A stretch of DNA of 60,670 nt, filler included, from Thelocarpon superellum (Eukaryota), in assembly GCA_026025795.1 (NCBI GenBank). It is 3 parts of 3 records of this genome, joined end to end, with 100 filler letters (N's around TTAATTAATTAA, not from the genome) between each part and the next. Parts side by side here need not be neighbours in the genome. Positions count along the whole stretch, not along the records: positions 20,292 to 40,443 come from JAPEUG010000331.1; positions 40,544 to 60,670 come from JAPEUG010000332.1; 1 more part is not named here. One strand, 5' to 3'. The position numbers and the translations under genes were made by a program. Position 1 is the first letter of the stretch, and each line of letters begins with the position of its first letter. Below, in pieces: positions 32,535 through 44,982 of this stretch. A model generated the notes under the pieces. It did no database searches. It worked only from the letters and a program-made list of their open reading frames with translations, and was not told the DNA's origin.

Positions 32535-34085
32535 ATGGCGCCGGACGCAGAATCGACTCCTTCCACTATGGTGGCGCATGACACAGCTGTGACAGATGGC
32601 TCGCACGACTTATCGATCCCCAAAACGTACAAGGCCGCCGTGTACGATGCACCGGGGAGCAATTCCATCAAGATGGTAGAGCTCGATATGCCGGAGCCGG
32701 GTCCCGGAGAGGTGCTCATCAACCTGTCGGCCACCCGTCCGCCTTCAATAATCGGCGGTGGAGCTGATGAGGTGACAGGACACATAGCGGAGTGTGCCAT
32801 AGCGACTTTGCAGTGGTGCGTGCTCCGCTCCGACTGCCGGGGACCTAGCTCACGCATGGCTCATGCAGATGATGAACACGTGGAAGATGATGCCATCCCC
32901 GACCCAGCCGGGCCAGGTCGGAGGCCACGAAGGAGTGGGCAAGGTGGTCAAGCTTGGATCTGCCGCCCAATACGGCACGGTCCAGCTGGGCGACCGCGTA
33001 GGGGTCAAGTGGGTCTCGGGCGCATGCCTCAGCTGTGGTTAGTCTCGGGCATGTCACCCGTGGGATTGGCGTGGTGGCCGGGATTGATTGTGTCGTGACG
33101 ACAAGCCACCTGTCTCCAAGGTGTCGAGGGATGCTGTGCCAACCAGAAGGTCTCTGGGTATTATACTCCTGGCACCTTTCAACAATATGTCCTGGTGGGT
33201 GGCGAGGTCCAGAATCTTGCGGGCGCGGCGCGCTGATGGTATCGGGTAGGCCCCGTCCAACTACGTCACCAAGATTCCCGACGGTCTGGACTCGGCCGCG
33301 GCGGCGCCCATGCTCTGTGCCGGCGTCACGACGTACGCAGCGCTGAGGAAGAGCGACGCGCAGAGCGGGGGCTGGGTGGTCATCTCGGGTGCCGGCGGTG
33401 GCCTCGGACATATCGCTTGTCAATTGGCCAGCCGTGGCATGGGCATTCGCGTGATTGGCATCGACCACGGCAGTAAGGAGAAGCTAGTCCGGGATAGCGG
33501 CGCCGAAGCCTTCCTCGACGTGGCCACGCTCGACGGCCCAATGATGGCGGCGGAGGTCATGAAGATCACCGGCGGCATCGGTGCCAGCGCCGTCCTCGTA
33601 TGCACGGCGAGTAACCAGGCGTACGCCCAAGCGCTCGACTTCCTCGGCGTCGGCGGGACCTTGGTATGCATAGGAGTAGTGAGTTAGGTCCACGACGACC
33701 CGCCACCAGCACGCGGGCTAACGCCCTCCGCAGCCCGAGGGAGAGCCTCTGCCCATCGCCACGAGCTTTCCGGCCGCCCTGATGAGGAAGCAGCTAACGA
33801 TCAACGCCGTGTCCGTGGGAAACCGTAAGGATGCGATCGAAGCAATGGACTTTGCCGCCCGTGGCGTCGTCAACCCTCACGTTCGCCTCGAGAAGCTGGA
33901 GAATCTAACCGAGGTACGTGCCGACAGGCGCCGAGGTCACGCCGACGACTCGTCCATGCGTGATTCCTCTCTCGTTGAATGAACGAATCAGTGGACGCAC
34001 GCAGCTGACCGACCCCGCACCACAGGTCTTTCGCGAGATGGACGAGGGTCAGTTGCTGGGGCGAGTGGTACTGGATCTGCAGTAG
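32535..34085 (+). CDS. Zn-dependent alcohol dehydrogenase (MDR family, about 384 aa); exons 32535-32725, 32779-32815, 32869-33037, 33106-33194, 33250-33678, 33734-33913, 34026-34085
   Basis: THSGVCHSD, GGHEGVGKVV, GDRVGVKW, structural Zn site CLSCATC..C, APMLCAGVT, GAGGGLG and GRVVLDL. Six introns keep the frame. Alternative in-frame ATGs at 32475 and 32568. Confidence 0.93.
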
Positions 34086-34137
34086 CCAAGCGCGTGTGGA
34101 TGGGCCGTGTCATGGTGACGCGCATCTCGTTCAGATC

Positions 34138-34196
34138 CCGAGCACCCAGCACCCAGCACCGAGTATCGAGCACCGAGCACCGAGCACCGAGTACCA
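34138..34196 (+). repeat. 7-bp microsatellite (CCGAGCA)n, about 8 copies, in the ADH 3' region
   Basis: Reads ccgagca cccagca cccagca ccgagta tcgagca ccgagca ccgagca ccgagta. Confidence 0.85.
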
Positions 34197-36995
34197 CATG
34201 GCTACGACTGCTGGGAAAGGTAGACCAGGTGTCAATTGAGGATAAAGTAACTGCTCATAACATCGTCCGCGACCTATAATTCCTAAGCAGGATGCATATG
34301 ATGTGTCGAGGGGTGTGCTCTCGAAATTTTCAACGCGTCCGCCTTCGTGATTCCTCAGATCAGCGTGGCGCAGGCCATCAACGTCCGGGTCCCAACGATC
34401 AGAAGTACCTCCGTGGATGGTGGCGTTGATCGTCATTTTCTCTTGTCCGGTCGGATAATTGACAGGCCGGTTAGGGTGCAACAAGGGGCCAATGACGTAA
34501 GGCAGCCAATTAGCTCAACCTTGAACAAGGTTGTTGGCCCATGCATGAAGACCGTCGCTTGGCCGCCAGTTCACAACCTCCACCGACGTGAAGGCTCCGT
34601 AGGGCGACCATATATTCTGAGGGTCTCGTATTCTACTCCCACCTCCGTCGGCGTCTTTCGCGTCGATACGATATTCGCTTGTGCTGACGGCTCCTCGGTT
34701 CCCGAACCGCCCCACATCTTTACACTTGAACGATCTAGGAGCACCTGGATCTTGGGAGCAGTGCTCATACTCTTAGGGAGGGGCACTTGTAAGTCCGCGT
34801 ACCGTTGCCTGTGTGCGAATCTGAAGTGCAGCTTCCGCCGAAGGATCGGCTGGAGCCGTTGAACGTTATCCGACGTGCCCATCGATGGACCCACTTCCAT
34901 CAACACATGGAGCCAAGGAACATCGTCCATCCCATCCCCAATAGGGATGATCGGCGACGGCCGGCATTATCGCCACATGGAAAACGAGGACTCTGTATTT
35001 CCTTCGTGATTCCCACGAGTGACAGCCACGTCAACCATCGTTCGCGTGCCAACGATGCGCGGCGCTCGATATATGGATTGGGTGAAAAATTCCGGGAGAT
35101 CTCCGACTCTCCCGCGTGGTTCATGTTGGACCGAGAGCGAGAGCGAGAGCGAAAGGGGAGGTTGGCAGACCGCTCACAAGGAGACGCTGGCCGCCCCAAA
35201 CCGAAACGGATTACTGACACTCACGAGGCTACCACTCATCCCCTTACCTGTGATACGATTTGAAGTAGATGCTTCGGTGTTATCGGCTGAAGTTCCTACG
35301 CCGAGGATTCTCCGCGATCAGTGCCAGACGTCCGAGTCGGCAGCGCGTCGCTCCACGACGGACAATGTCGTGGTCGGGATGCCACACTTTAACCAACAAA
35401 GCACACCCACCCCCGTCGTAGCCTCGCTTGTTGTGCGTAGCGGGACACAACCAACTGCCCCAGCAAGAAAGGTAGCCCAGCCACGCGCAGGCGACAAGCC
35501 TCACGCTAAGGCGCCGGTGAGCGAGTTCCCTGTAGCTTTTCATTTTCGCCGCGCTTCTCCTGGAACAATCGGTGGCTCGAGAGATTTCGGACCCATACTT
35601 CTTTCCGCTGCCGTTACGGTCGATGGCGATCACGTCACGGCACTGGCATGTAACTTGACAGTGGGTTCTTGTTGCAGGTACCTGTAGTGCCGACACTGTA
35701 TGCGTAGAAAAGCGTCGGCTCTGAGTATCGTGGGTACCGGTCATGCAGAATGCGTACGCCCGGCGCTGAACCTAACATACGGCGGCCGCGATGTATGAGG
35801 AGGTGCTGTAAAGAGGTGCGCTATGAGAGCGCTCTCATGTTCGCCTGCGCGCTAGATGTCAAGGAAAGCGCTGGCCCGATATAACACCCTCGAGAAAACC
35901 TCTCGAACGGAGAGCTACTCCGTGCACTGTTGCTCTGGTGATGTGGTAGGAATGAAGCCTCTCTGATTGCCCTCGGAGGAGCTGTGACCGCGCTCCCAAC
36001 ACTCGTACCCTCGCGAGCCGCTGTTGCTGGCTGCTCGTGGCTTACGCCTCGTGGCATGACAATTCCGTTACTGCTCACCCTGCCACTGGCCTGCCCACTT
36101 CTTTCCAGCACCCACGGGCTCGCTACAGGAAGTTCCGGCACACGCCCCCGGTGCACACAAGCCACCCACCCTCAGCCACCGGGTCGCTTACTACCTCCCA
36201 CGATCCGTCGCGGTCGCTGCCACTGCCACGACGGGGGCCGACATTACCCATTACTCCACCCTCTGTCGCCCTATCCCTTCCCATTCTCATCGTCATCATC
36301 CTCAGCATTGTCATCATCGCTCCTCTGCTCGGGGCTGTCCAACTGCCCCACGAGCCATTTCTCGGCGGGGCATTGCGCCGGACGTCAATTCCGTCGACCC
36401 GTGCAGCCTCTCTCCCGCCGCTGGGGCGACCCATTGCGGCGCATCGCCTCCGCGACGCCTGCTGGACCGTGCCGACCCACCAAGAGTGTGAGCCATGCCA
36501 ACGCTGTGGATGCATCAAGCCCGACACCGTCACCTCAGGATTGCGCTGACCCCGAGCTGTCCCTTTAGGGCGCCTGTCCCTCGCCCGTCCGGGCGCTCCG
36601 TGCCGCCCCATTCGCTCATCTCAGCCATCGTGACTGACCACTCGGCCATGGTCACTTCGACCAAGAGCGTCGCATCTACTTGCCTCATCGATCTGTATAC
36701 GTGATCGTGCTACGCATCGTGAAAACACTCCGGAACCTCCCTACCGTCGAGCGTGCGTTGTTGGCTTTGGCTGTGGCGCCACATCAGGTCCCTTTCCCGG
36801 TCTCGATGCAAGCGACGTCGAGCTAAGTGTATCTCGTCGCTCCCTTGGCCCTGCTTGTATCTTGTCGCGTGCCGCCCTTCCTAGCAGTCGCCAAGGAGCT
36901 GTGGCGAGAAGGGACTGAGCTACCTTGGACCCGACGGTCTCGCTGCGTCATCCATCGTGTTGGAGCTACGCAACGCCTCCCCTCGCCCGCACCAC

Positions 36996-39053
36996 ATGGC
37001 TTCCGAGTATGTGGAGCACCCGCCCCAGTCGAGGCCGCCCATCACCACCTTTCCCACCTCCCCCACCTCGATCTCCTCGCCGCGCATGTCCGTGACGACC
37101 GATCAGGCTGGCCCGCTACCAAGTCTCTCGTCGATCGCGAGCGCGGGCCTCCGGGCGTCGCCGAGTCCGAGGACGCCAAAGCGCCTTCGGGAAGGGTCAC
37201 CGCGCTTCGAGCCGGCGCCCTTGACGGCCGCCGCCGCCCAGGCGGATGAGCGTCGCGCCCGGGAAGAGCGCGGGCGCGAGCGCGCCCAAGTGCCATTACA
37301 AAGTGCGAATCCCGCCGCAGCTGCCCTAGGCGCCCTGCTGGCCCCTCGCCAGGGGTTAAGCAAGGCTGCGGATACGCCCAGCGCTGCCACGACGATGAGT
37401 GATGGTGTCGCCGTGGCCGCCGGCGTCATGTCGCGGCCGGACGGCATGCAGGTTGACCGGCCTGCCGCGACGAGCCCGGTTAGCGCGTCCAGCACGGCAT
37501 CGCCCAGCAGCGGTGCCACCACCGCGCTGCTCAACCCAAGCGGCGGAAGCTCGCGGACGACGGCGGGCCCGCTGGAACCCGACAAGCACTTAGGTACGGC
37601 GTACGGGGACTCGTTCGCCCGGGCCACGCCCGAGGTGGCCTCACCCGTGGAAGATCGTCCTGCCAATCGTGCCTTTACTTTCCCCGGACCACCCGCCGAT
37701 AACACTCCCCCAGGGAGCGCGCGCGCCCCACCGCGGGGCATGAGCCTGCCCATGCCCGAGTCGCGCGTTGACGCCGCCAAATCGCCGTCGTCGAATCGCA
37801 AGCACAAGTGCCCCTACTGCGCGACGGACTTCACGCGCCACCACAATCTTAAGAGCCACCTACTCACGCACAGCCATGAGAAGCCTTTTGTCTGCTCCAC
37901 GTGCCAGGCCCGCTTCCGGCGTCTGCACGATCTCAAACGCCATACGAAACTCCACACGGGCGAGAAGCCGCACATCTGCCCCCAATGTGGGCGACGCTTT
38001 GCCCGAGGTGACGCGCTGGCGCGGCACAACAAGGGCAGCGGCGGCTGCGCAGGCCGACGGGCGAGCCTGGGCAGTCTTGGCGACGATGACTACGATGACA
38101 GCTTCCAGGATCACGGCGAGTCCGGGGGGGATACGAACGACGGCGAGGACGGCATGGATGGGCTCCTCTACACGAGCGAAGGCGCCCATGACAGCGACCG
38201 GATGGATGAGAGCCGGGAGGTGCCGTCGCTTGATCGAAGCGCCAGCCTCCCTACGATCCGCGCGCCTGATGCGTCCGATGGCGCCCGTCATGAGCATGCC
38301 TCGACCGGGCTCGCTTCCTATCCGCCACCCCAATTTCCCAACACCTATCCCCCTGGCACCCGCCCACGGGCGGATCCCTCGACGGGTGCTTCGCCGGGTC
38401 TCCCCGCCGGCCGGTTCAGTCCGAAGACGTCCGGGCCGAGCCCGTCCGGGCCGCTTCACCCGGGCGGGTCGTCGCTCTATGGGCAAGGCAATATCACGGA
38501 GAGCCCGAAGCCGTTGAGCCCTGGGGTGTCAGGCTCACAGCCACAACTAGGACCGGGCGAAGGCGCGCACCTACGCGCGCATCGGTCACCCAGCCTGACG
38601 GAGCAGTTCCAGCAACAGCACTTTGGGCGCAAGACCGGCGGCGGCCGATCCTCCCCACCCGTGGGTCTACCCCCCCTGTCCGGCAACGCACACGCGCCGC
38701 ACCTGCCTTCCTTGTCCGGTCTCGCCCGGAGCGACGGGCGCTTCTCTCTGCCGGGGCAGTCCGCCAGCGCCCCGTCGACAGCGCCCGGCGGGGGCCCCGC
38801 GCCCGCCAGCGCCTACCGGCCCTCGAACGTGAGTCCATCGTCCAACGCTTTCCCCCCTCCCGGCACCCCGCGTGCCGGGACGCACGTGGCCGGCGAGGCT
38901 TCGTCCGGGAGCATGGAAGGGGGCGGTACCGCGGCGCTCTGGGCCTACGTGCGTGGCCTTGAGGAGCGCCTCAACGCCTTGTCGGACGAGGTGGTTCGCT
39001 TGCGAAACGACGCGGGCCGGCCGGCGCGGCGGCCGGGTCGGGGGTCGGCATGA
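36996..39053 (+). CDS. nsdC: C2H2/C2H2/C2HC zinc-finger transcription factor, NsdC-like (685 aa, intronless CDS)
   Basis: HKCPYCATDFTRHHNLKSHLLTH-SHEKPFVCSTCQARFRRLHDLKRHTKLH-TGEKPHICPQCGRRFARGDALARHNKGSGGC: two C2H2 fingers plus a C2HC finger, the arrangement described for Aspergillus NsdC. Short C-terminal coiled coil LWAYVRGLEERLNALSDEV. Confidence 0.85.
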   Translation: MASEYVEHPPQSRPPITTFPTSPTSISSPRMSVTTDQAGPLPSLSSIASAGLRASPSPRTPKRLREGSPRFEPAPLTAAAAQADERRAREERGRERAQVPLQSANPAAAALGALLAPRQGLSKAADTPSAATTMSDGVAVAAGVMSRPDGMQVDRPAATSPVSASSTASPSSGATTALLNPSGGSSRTTAGPLEPDKHLGTAYGDSFARATPEVASPVEDRPANRAFTFPGPPADNTPPGSARAPPRGMSLPMPESRVDAAKSPSSNRKHKCPYCATDFTRHHNLKSHLLTHSHEKPFVCSTCQARFRRLHDLKRHTKLHTGEKPHICPQCGRRFARGDALARHNKGSGGCAGRRASLGSLGDDDYDDSFQDHGESGGDTNDGEDGMDGLLYTSEGAHDSDRMDESREVPSLDRSASLPTIRAPDASDGARHEHASTGLASYPPPQFPNTYPPGTRPRADPSTGASPGLPAGRFSPKTSGPSPSGPLHPGGSSLYGQGNITESPKPLSPGVSGSQPQLGPGEGAHLRAHRSPSLTEQFQQQHFGRKTGGGRSSPPVGLPPLSGNAHAPHLPSLSGLARSDGRFSLPGQSASAPSTAPGGGPAPASAYRPSNVSPSSNAFPPPGTPRAGTHVAGEASSGSMEGGGTAALWAYVRGLEERLNALSDEVVRLRNDAGRPARRPGRGSA

Positions 39054-40443
39054 CCCCCGGACGCATGGGACCAGCCGGACGCGGGCTCGGCCACGCACGA
39101 TACTCATGACCACAGCATTGGGCACGGTGGGTGGATCAGCATGAGGTCCAAGTATACGAGAGGACCTCCGGTAGCGGCATGTTAGAGTTGGCGTCTACGG
39201 CGCTCGTCACAGAATCTCTGGACGCCACATGTATCGGCGCGATCATCATCACGGTCATCATCATCATCCCTCGGCTTTCTCCCATCCTCGTCCTCACCAT
39301 GCCCATTCCATTTCATGATCGCGTCACCATCGATCTCACCATCTTCTCGTGGCTCGCGCTTTTATCCTGTTCACCGTGGCTGTCACGCAAATTTGCTGCC
39401 CATCGGCCGGAGGGACTCCCGAGACCTCTCCGCCACATGGGATGGAGGGCGGCTCTGTCGCAAACGCTTTGGTCATCTCGTCTCGTCTCGTTCCACAGGC
39501 GGCGCCGGCTCCGACGAGGATCAACTGTCGAGACATTGGTTGTGTGCTGTAGATATCCATGTCTATCGAGATGTCGGTTCAAATTCACCGGACGAGTACC
39601 ATAGGCACGAAGTCATGCAGCTCCTTCGCCGCCGCGTCTATTACTCGGACCACCCGTGTTAGTCTCTCTTCCGAGCGATCGGTCACGATGCGGAACCTCA
39701 GGATCGCGATGTACCAGTACCGGGCGGCGGTGATGCCGCCCCACATTCAGTAGCGTACGAGTACAACGAGCGCACAATCCGACGCGTCCGCAGCATTGTC
39801 GTAGGATCATCAACGGAACGTGGCGTCGCGCCGATGATGAAAATAGCCCTCTCCAGGTCCGCCCGATTTCGGCCTGGACGGTCGTGCGTCGCCCTCTAGT
39901 TCAAGACCGGCGCGCGGCTGAAAGACGACCACAACACCACCTAGCACACGGCGCGCCTTTATCCTCGCGGACGCCGCATCGGCCACCCAAGACGCCGGGG
40001 ACAACGTCGGTGCGGCTCCGACACCCTCGCCATGGGCATCTGGCGAGTTCGGCCGGAACCCGCGAGGGGCACTTGCGGCTCGCGCTATTGTTTCCTTGCC
40101 CCGTCAGGCATTGGGCGAACTCTCCGCCCAGGAAGGACTTAGTGCCCGAATCAGACCCGCAGTGCGATCGAGACCACGACGTCCGCATTGGGCAGCGCTT
40201 CATGCTCCGCGGCACCGCTGCACCTCCGGGAACGAGCGGTCGGTAGTGGATTTGGCCGCATTGGATATAGCGTCACGCGCATCCCTCCTCATTGGATCTT
40301 CTCGGCTCGCGTTACTCTGAGCATCGCCTCGCGGCTGACAGCACTGATGAGCACGGGAAACCTTGACGACGCGGAGAACGCCTAGGCCTCAGCCTCAGCC
40401 TTGTGCTCGGGCTCGGGCTTGGGCTGGCGTATCGTCCTTGTAC

Positions 40444-40543
40444 NNNNNNNNNNNNNNNNNNNNNNNNNNNNNNNNNNNNNNNNNNNNTTAATTAATTAAN
40501 NNNNNNNNNNNNNNNNNNNNNNNNNNNNNNNNNNNNNNNNNNN
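40444..40543. other. Artificial contig linker (44 N + TTAATTAATTAA + 44 N)
   Basis: Spacer at 40488-40499, identical to the first linker. Confidence 0.97.
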
Positions 40544-40601
40544 CTTAAGCTACTTATTGCTTCCAGTTTCAAGGCCCAGTGGCAGTCCGATCCATCAAGA
40601 T

Positions 40602-41096
40602 CTACGACGTGCTGTTGTTGCCGGAGCCACGGACGTAGTCGGCTGCGCATACGTCGTTAGCAAATCAGACTTCTGAGGCAAGATGCAGTAGGTGGACGAC
40701 TCACAGGCCTGGTTCAGGGTGTCAGACGCCGACTGGGCAACCCCGGACGCAGTGTCCTGCGCGGATTGCAGATACGTCTTTCCGCTGCCCTGAGCATCAT
40801 CGGCGCCGGAGCGAGTGCTATCCGACAACTTCTGCGTGGTGGATTTGTCGCCCTCTATGACATCTCGTCAGCCACAATCTCTTATCCGATAAAGTCAGCG
40901 GACGCTTACGAGGCTGAACGGCAGCGAGGCCCTTGTCGACCGTGCCCGATACAGTCTCGGACGCCTGGTCGAGGGTCGACTTCTGCGAGTCGGGAGTGAT
41001 CTTCTCCTGGACCTGAGAGCTAATATCCTTGCGTCTGGAGCTCGTCAGCGGGGGTAGCGACCAAGTGAGACAATCAACATACCCGAGGTCAGACAT
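40602..41096 (-). CDS. HSP12: Hsp9/Hsp12 family hydrophilin (109 aa); exons 41096-41083, 41034-40910, 40854-40705, 40642-40602
   Basis: MSDLGRKDISSQVQEKITPDSQKSTLDQASETV..AAVQPQGDKSTTQK signature. Three canonical introns. Confidence 0.93.
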
Positions 41097-41974
41097 GATG
41101 AATGATGTTGAGTTCGAGGCTGTTTTGCTTGGTTCGTGTGATAGAAGAGTTGAGAAAGAATTCGGGCTTATCGAGGAGAGGCTAAGTGATGGAAGGGAAA
41201 GGGAAGAACGACAAGGTAGTTGGGGCAAGAAGACATTTAAGTAGGCTCTCGTATCAAGCGACTGGGGGCCTACGTAGTCTGCAATGACCGGCGGCTTCTC
41301 CGAACGCGTACATTCACACGAGGGTCGTCCTAAGTGTAGAAGCCTACATCTACTAAGGGTAGTACGGGTAGGAGCAGTGATGGTGGCCTAGTTCTGGACC
41401 CACAGGGAGCCCGCAACGCACCGAGGCTTGAGATGCTACCGATGGCTGGCACCATTTACTTGGGACCGTTCCAGACGGGTACAACCGGCGTCACGCAAGC
41501 CACCGCCCTTGCCATGACCGGCATCTACGACAGCGAAACTGTCACATCCCTGCTTGTGGCATGGGAAAGGTGAAAGACGGTGATGTCATGAAAATGTAAT
41601 GCGGCAGCAGATGTGGCACATATTGTGGCTCGCGCACCGCCACAGCAAGGGAAGTCTGTGGCGCTTGCCCGGATCAAGTCTAGTGCCGCCAAACATATCT
41701 TTCGTGCGCGGGGTACGCCCAGCGGCGTTTCACATGTCAATAGACACGCAGCGTAGCAGACTTGGCGGAAATGACGTAGATGATTTTCCTGATTGTGACG
41801 TCGCACGTCACCTGTCACCACGCACTGCAAGCGGATTTCCGAGGTCGTCATGTATTTCATCGTCATCTACGCTTCAGAACATGCGTCCCACTGCTACCCA
41901 TGTTTTGCTCTAAGTTGTCGCGACGCGATTTTCAGATTGCGACGCCGCCTATCACCTCTAACCCGACACCATGC

Positions 41975-43909
41975 CTAGCACACGCTTCGGTGAACCCCGT
42001 GATGCATCGGGCGACTGGCTTGGTGCTTGTGTCGGTCGTCATGGCCCTGACTTGAGTGCTGTTTCTCCGTACTTCCCCTGCCGTAACGAGGAGGGACGAT
42101 GGGCTGCCCCGCTTGGGTCGATTCGATTAGGGCTTGGGTCACGGCGATGATATCCGCGACCAAGCGTTCCATCAAGTCGAGGCTCATGCTCCATCGGACC
42201 ACCACTCGGAGAATCTCCGTCTTCTCTTCATTCGGTGGCAAAGGGTAATCTACGCTGTCAGCGCCGATTGTCTTAGCGGAAAGGGCCTACTCACTCGGGA
42301 TGATGTACTGTTTCGCCCGGAGGAGATTGCTGACGGTCTCCTGCTTGATCAGTGGGAACTCCTTCTTGAACTCCTCTGAAAAGGTAAAGGCCACCACGGG
42401 TAGGCCCGCATTGTAATCCGCGCTCGTTTCTTTCGCGGTGCTAAACACCGCGTGCTGGACGCCCTTGAAGCCGAACTCGCCTTTCTTGCGGTGGATGTCG
42501 CTCACGCAAGTGTACCACCCCGTCGCCTCAAGCGCTTTACTTAGCAGGCGCGCATTAGCCAAGGAATTCTCCATGATCTCTTTGTAGCCTTGGAAGCCTA
42601 AGTGGATCAGGTTGAAGTATTGCGCGATGATCTGCCCGCCAGGACGGGAGAAGTTCAAGGTGTACGACTCCTCGGTCCCACCGAGGTAATGTAGCTCAAA
42701 GATCAGATGTTTGGGCAAGAAGCGCTGGTCGCGCCAGATGATCCACCCTACTCCGGCGTAGACGAGACCAAACTTATGGCCCGAGGTGTTGATGGACAGC
42801 ACACGAGAAAGCTCGAAATTCCTGTTACATTTAGCACATCGCGCATGTGGCCGGTCCTTGAAAAGACCAAATACCATTTCGGACCGCCTGCATGAGCATT
42901 GGTGAAGGGTGCGATGAAGGCACCGCTGGCACCGTCTACATGGATGGGGATGTCGACCCCGGTCTCCTCCTGATATTGATCCAGCACCTTGGAGATCTCT
43001 TCGACTGGCTCGTAGTGACCGGTGTAGGTGCTCCCCATGATCACAAAGACCCCAATAGTATTCTATCATCTCGGTCAGCCGCACCCAAGGACATGAACAG
43101 CGGTGGTCGAACCTCGTCGATGTTTTCCTTTACAAGATCCGGGTCCAGACGGTAGTGGCTCTTCTTGCTCACTGGCAAGATACGGGCTTCGACCTCAAAG
43201 TAGCGCGCAAACTTCTCCAAAGCCACTTGAGCATTGGACCCCATGATAATATTGGGTCTCAACGTATCCTTTCCTTCGGCCTGTCGCTGTTCCTGCCATC
43301 GCCGCTTCATGGCAAGCCCGCCTAGGTGGATTGCTTCGGAGGAGCCAGTGGTCGCGGAGCCAACGGCCGTTTCGCCTTTCTGCACCCCCCAGAGATGGGC
43401 GATGATGGAGACACAGCGGGCATGCATGTCCATCATGGCCGGGTACTCGTCGGCGTCGCTCATGTTTTTGGCAATATTCTCGACCATGAGCTCCTCTGCC
43501 TGATGCTCCATGTAGGTACCAACGAAACTATGGGATGGACGCATGAGCCACTGATCCGGAAAGGCCTTCTGACAGCCTTACCTGGCCAAGTTCAGATTCG
43601 GCTTCCCATCCAGGTCCAGCTCGTCTCGTAGCATCTGCCGCACCGCTTCGGCATCCGTGCTTTCGCGGGGAATGACAAACTTGGGGATGCCTTCGGCGCT
43701 GGAATATTGGGTCGAATACGGAGTACAATGAGAGACAGCACCCCGGGTGTGAACTTTGCGTGCCCCTGGTTCGTTGGGGTGGTCATGTAAGGTTTGGATG
43801 AGCTCGTCCGGATTGACCTGCACGCTGATCAGTCGCGGAACCAAATATCTGAAAGCTCGTCACGGCCGCTGGGAATTTGGAAGTTACTCACATGCCTTGC
43901 GAGAGCCAT
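41975..43909 (-). CDS. GAD1: Glutamate decarboxylase (PLP-dependent, 552 aa); exons 43909-43892, 43817-43582, 43527-43113, 43062-42875, 42821-42295, 42249-41975
   Basis: [53 protein letters not shown] (PLP lysine) and TLNFSRPG. Five canonical introns. Confidence 0.96.
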
Positions 43910-44866
43910 CTCGTACGAAATTGCTGTCAATAGAAGTAAAGTGAGTGGATGCTCGGAGAGAGTACAGACTCGAATCCCAAATTCGAATCAGAGGTTTTAA
44001 CGCTGCGAACAAAACCTACAACGCTGTCTCGTGGCAAAGATCGACCGGAGCTGTAGCCAAACTCGTGGTTGGCTCAGGCCTGTGCGTGCGGTACCATTAC
44101 ACTCACACGCCTAACAGAACCTAGTAGGCATGTTACTGTGGGCATTGTTGTGGTAAGCCTGTATCTAAAACGTTGACATCATTGGGGGCTAGCCAGTAGC
44201 CGCTTAGGTCATCTGTCGTTCTCGTCGGTGTCCCCGTCAGCGGAGGGACTACAGCCGGTAAACTACTACTCCTATGTTAGTAGTGTTCGTATGCTACCTG
44301 CTCTACTCGCTGCACCTACATTTGGACTTGTAAAACCGGAAGCCCCTCCCGGTAAGTGCCGCTGTTCGAGTTTCTCCAACTCCTGCAGTGGCGAGAGGTA
44401 GACTCGTGCGGGGCCGGTAACGCAGTCGCCGTTGGATGGTCGAACTTCAAAAGTCGTCACACCCATCCGAGCTCGAGAGCCAATGATGGCGCAAGCTCGG
44501 TGCGCGAGAAGCCATGATTGGCCACGGAAGCTACTTCAGCCGAACCCCGCGACGCTGATGTCATCCGGGTTTGTCGGTGCGAGCGAGAACCCCGGGAAGC
44601 TGCACGCAGCTCCCCCAGTCGCTAGGTAACCAAATGGTGACGAAAAGACGCGCAATCCTGTCTGGCGTGCGAGTGCTCGTATTCGTGCGAAGCACGTCTT
44701 GCTCACGCCATACTTAGTATGGTGTGGGCGTGGCATGAGCGCACCACAGGCCGTCTCAGGAGGTAGACTCCGTCTCTTTCTTTGCCTGACTACTTGTTAG
44801 ATTCTTTCAAGCTTCTGACAGACAACATCCTTTATTCTATCTTCAAATCTGCTCTTATCCGACATC

Positions 44867-44952
44867 GTACGTGGATCCCGAGTCATCTCCCACATGATTT
44901 GATTGCGTCGTTGTCTAGCGTTCGATCAAGACGTAAAGCTGACACTTCTCAG
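44867..44952 (+). other. Probable 5'-UTR intron of the fasciclin gene
   Basis: GTACGT donor at 44867, GCTGAC branch at 44938-44943, TTCTCAG acceptor ending at 44952, 30 nt before the ATG. Confidence 0.6.
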
Positions 44953-44982
44953 AATTGCTCTCATAACCGCCATCGGCTAGCA

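Noticed and set aside
34469..34477. ACCCTAACC on the minus strand as a telomerase RNA template
   Set aside because: A single 9-nt match. Only about 400 nt remain before the convergent ADH gene, too little for the pseudoknot and CR4/5 domains of a filamentous-fungal TER, and none was recognised.
34131..35744. Several 100-220 aa ORFs between ADH and nsdC
   Set aside because: No recognisable motifs, mostly non-ATG starts, and no consistent splice model. Treated as chance ORFs in GC-rich DNA.
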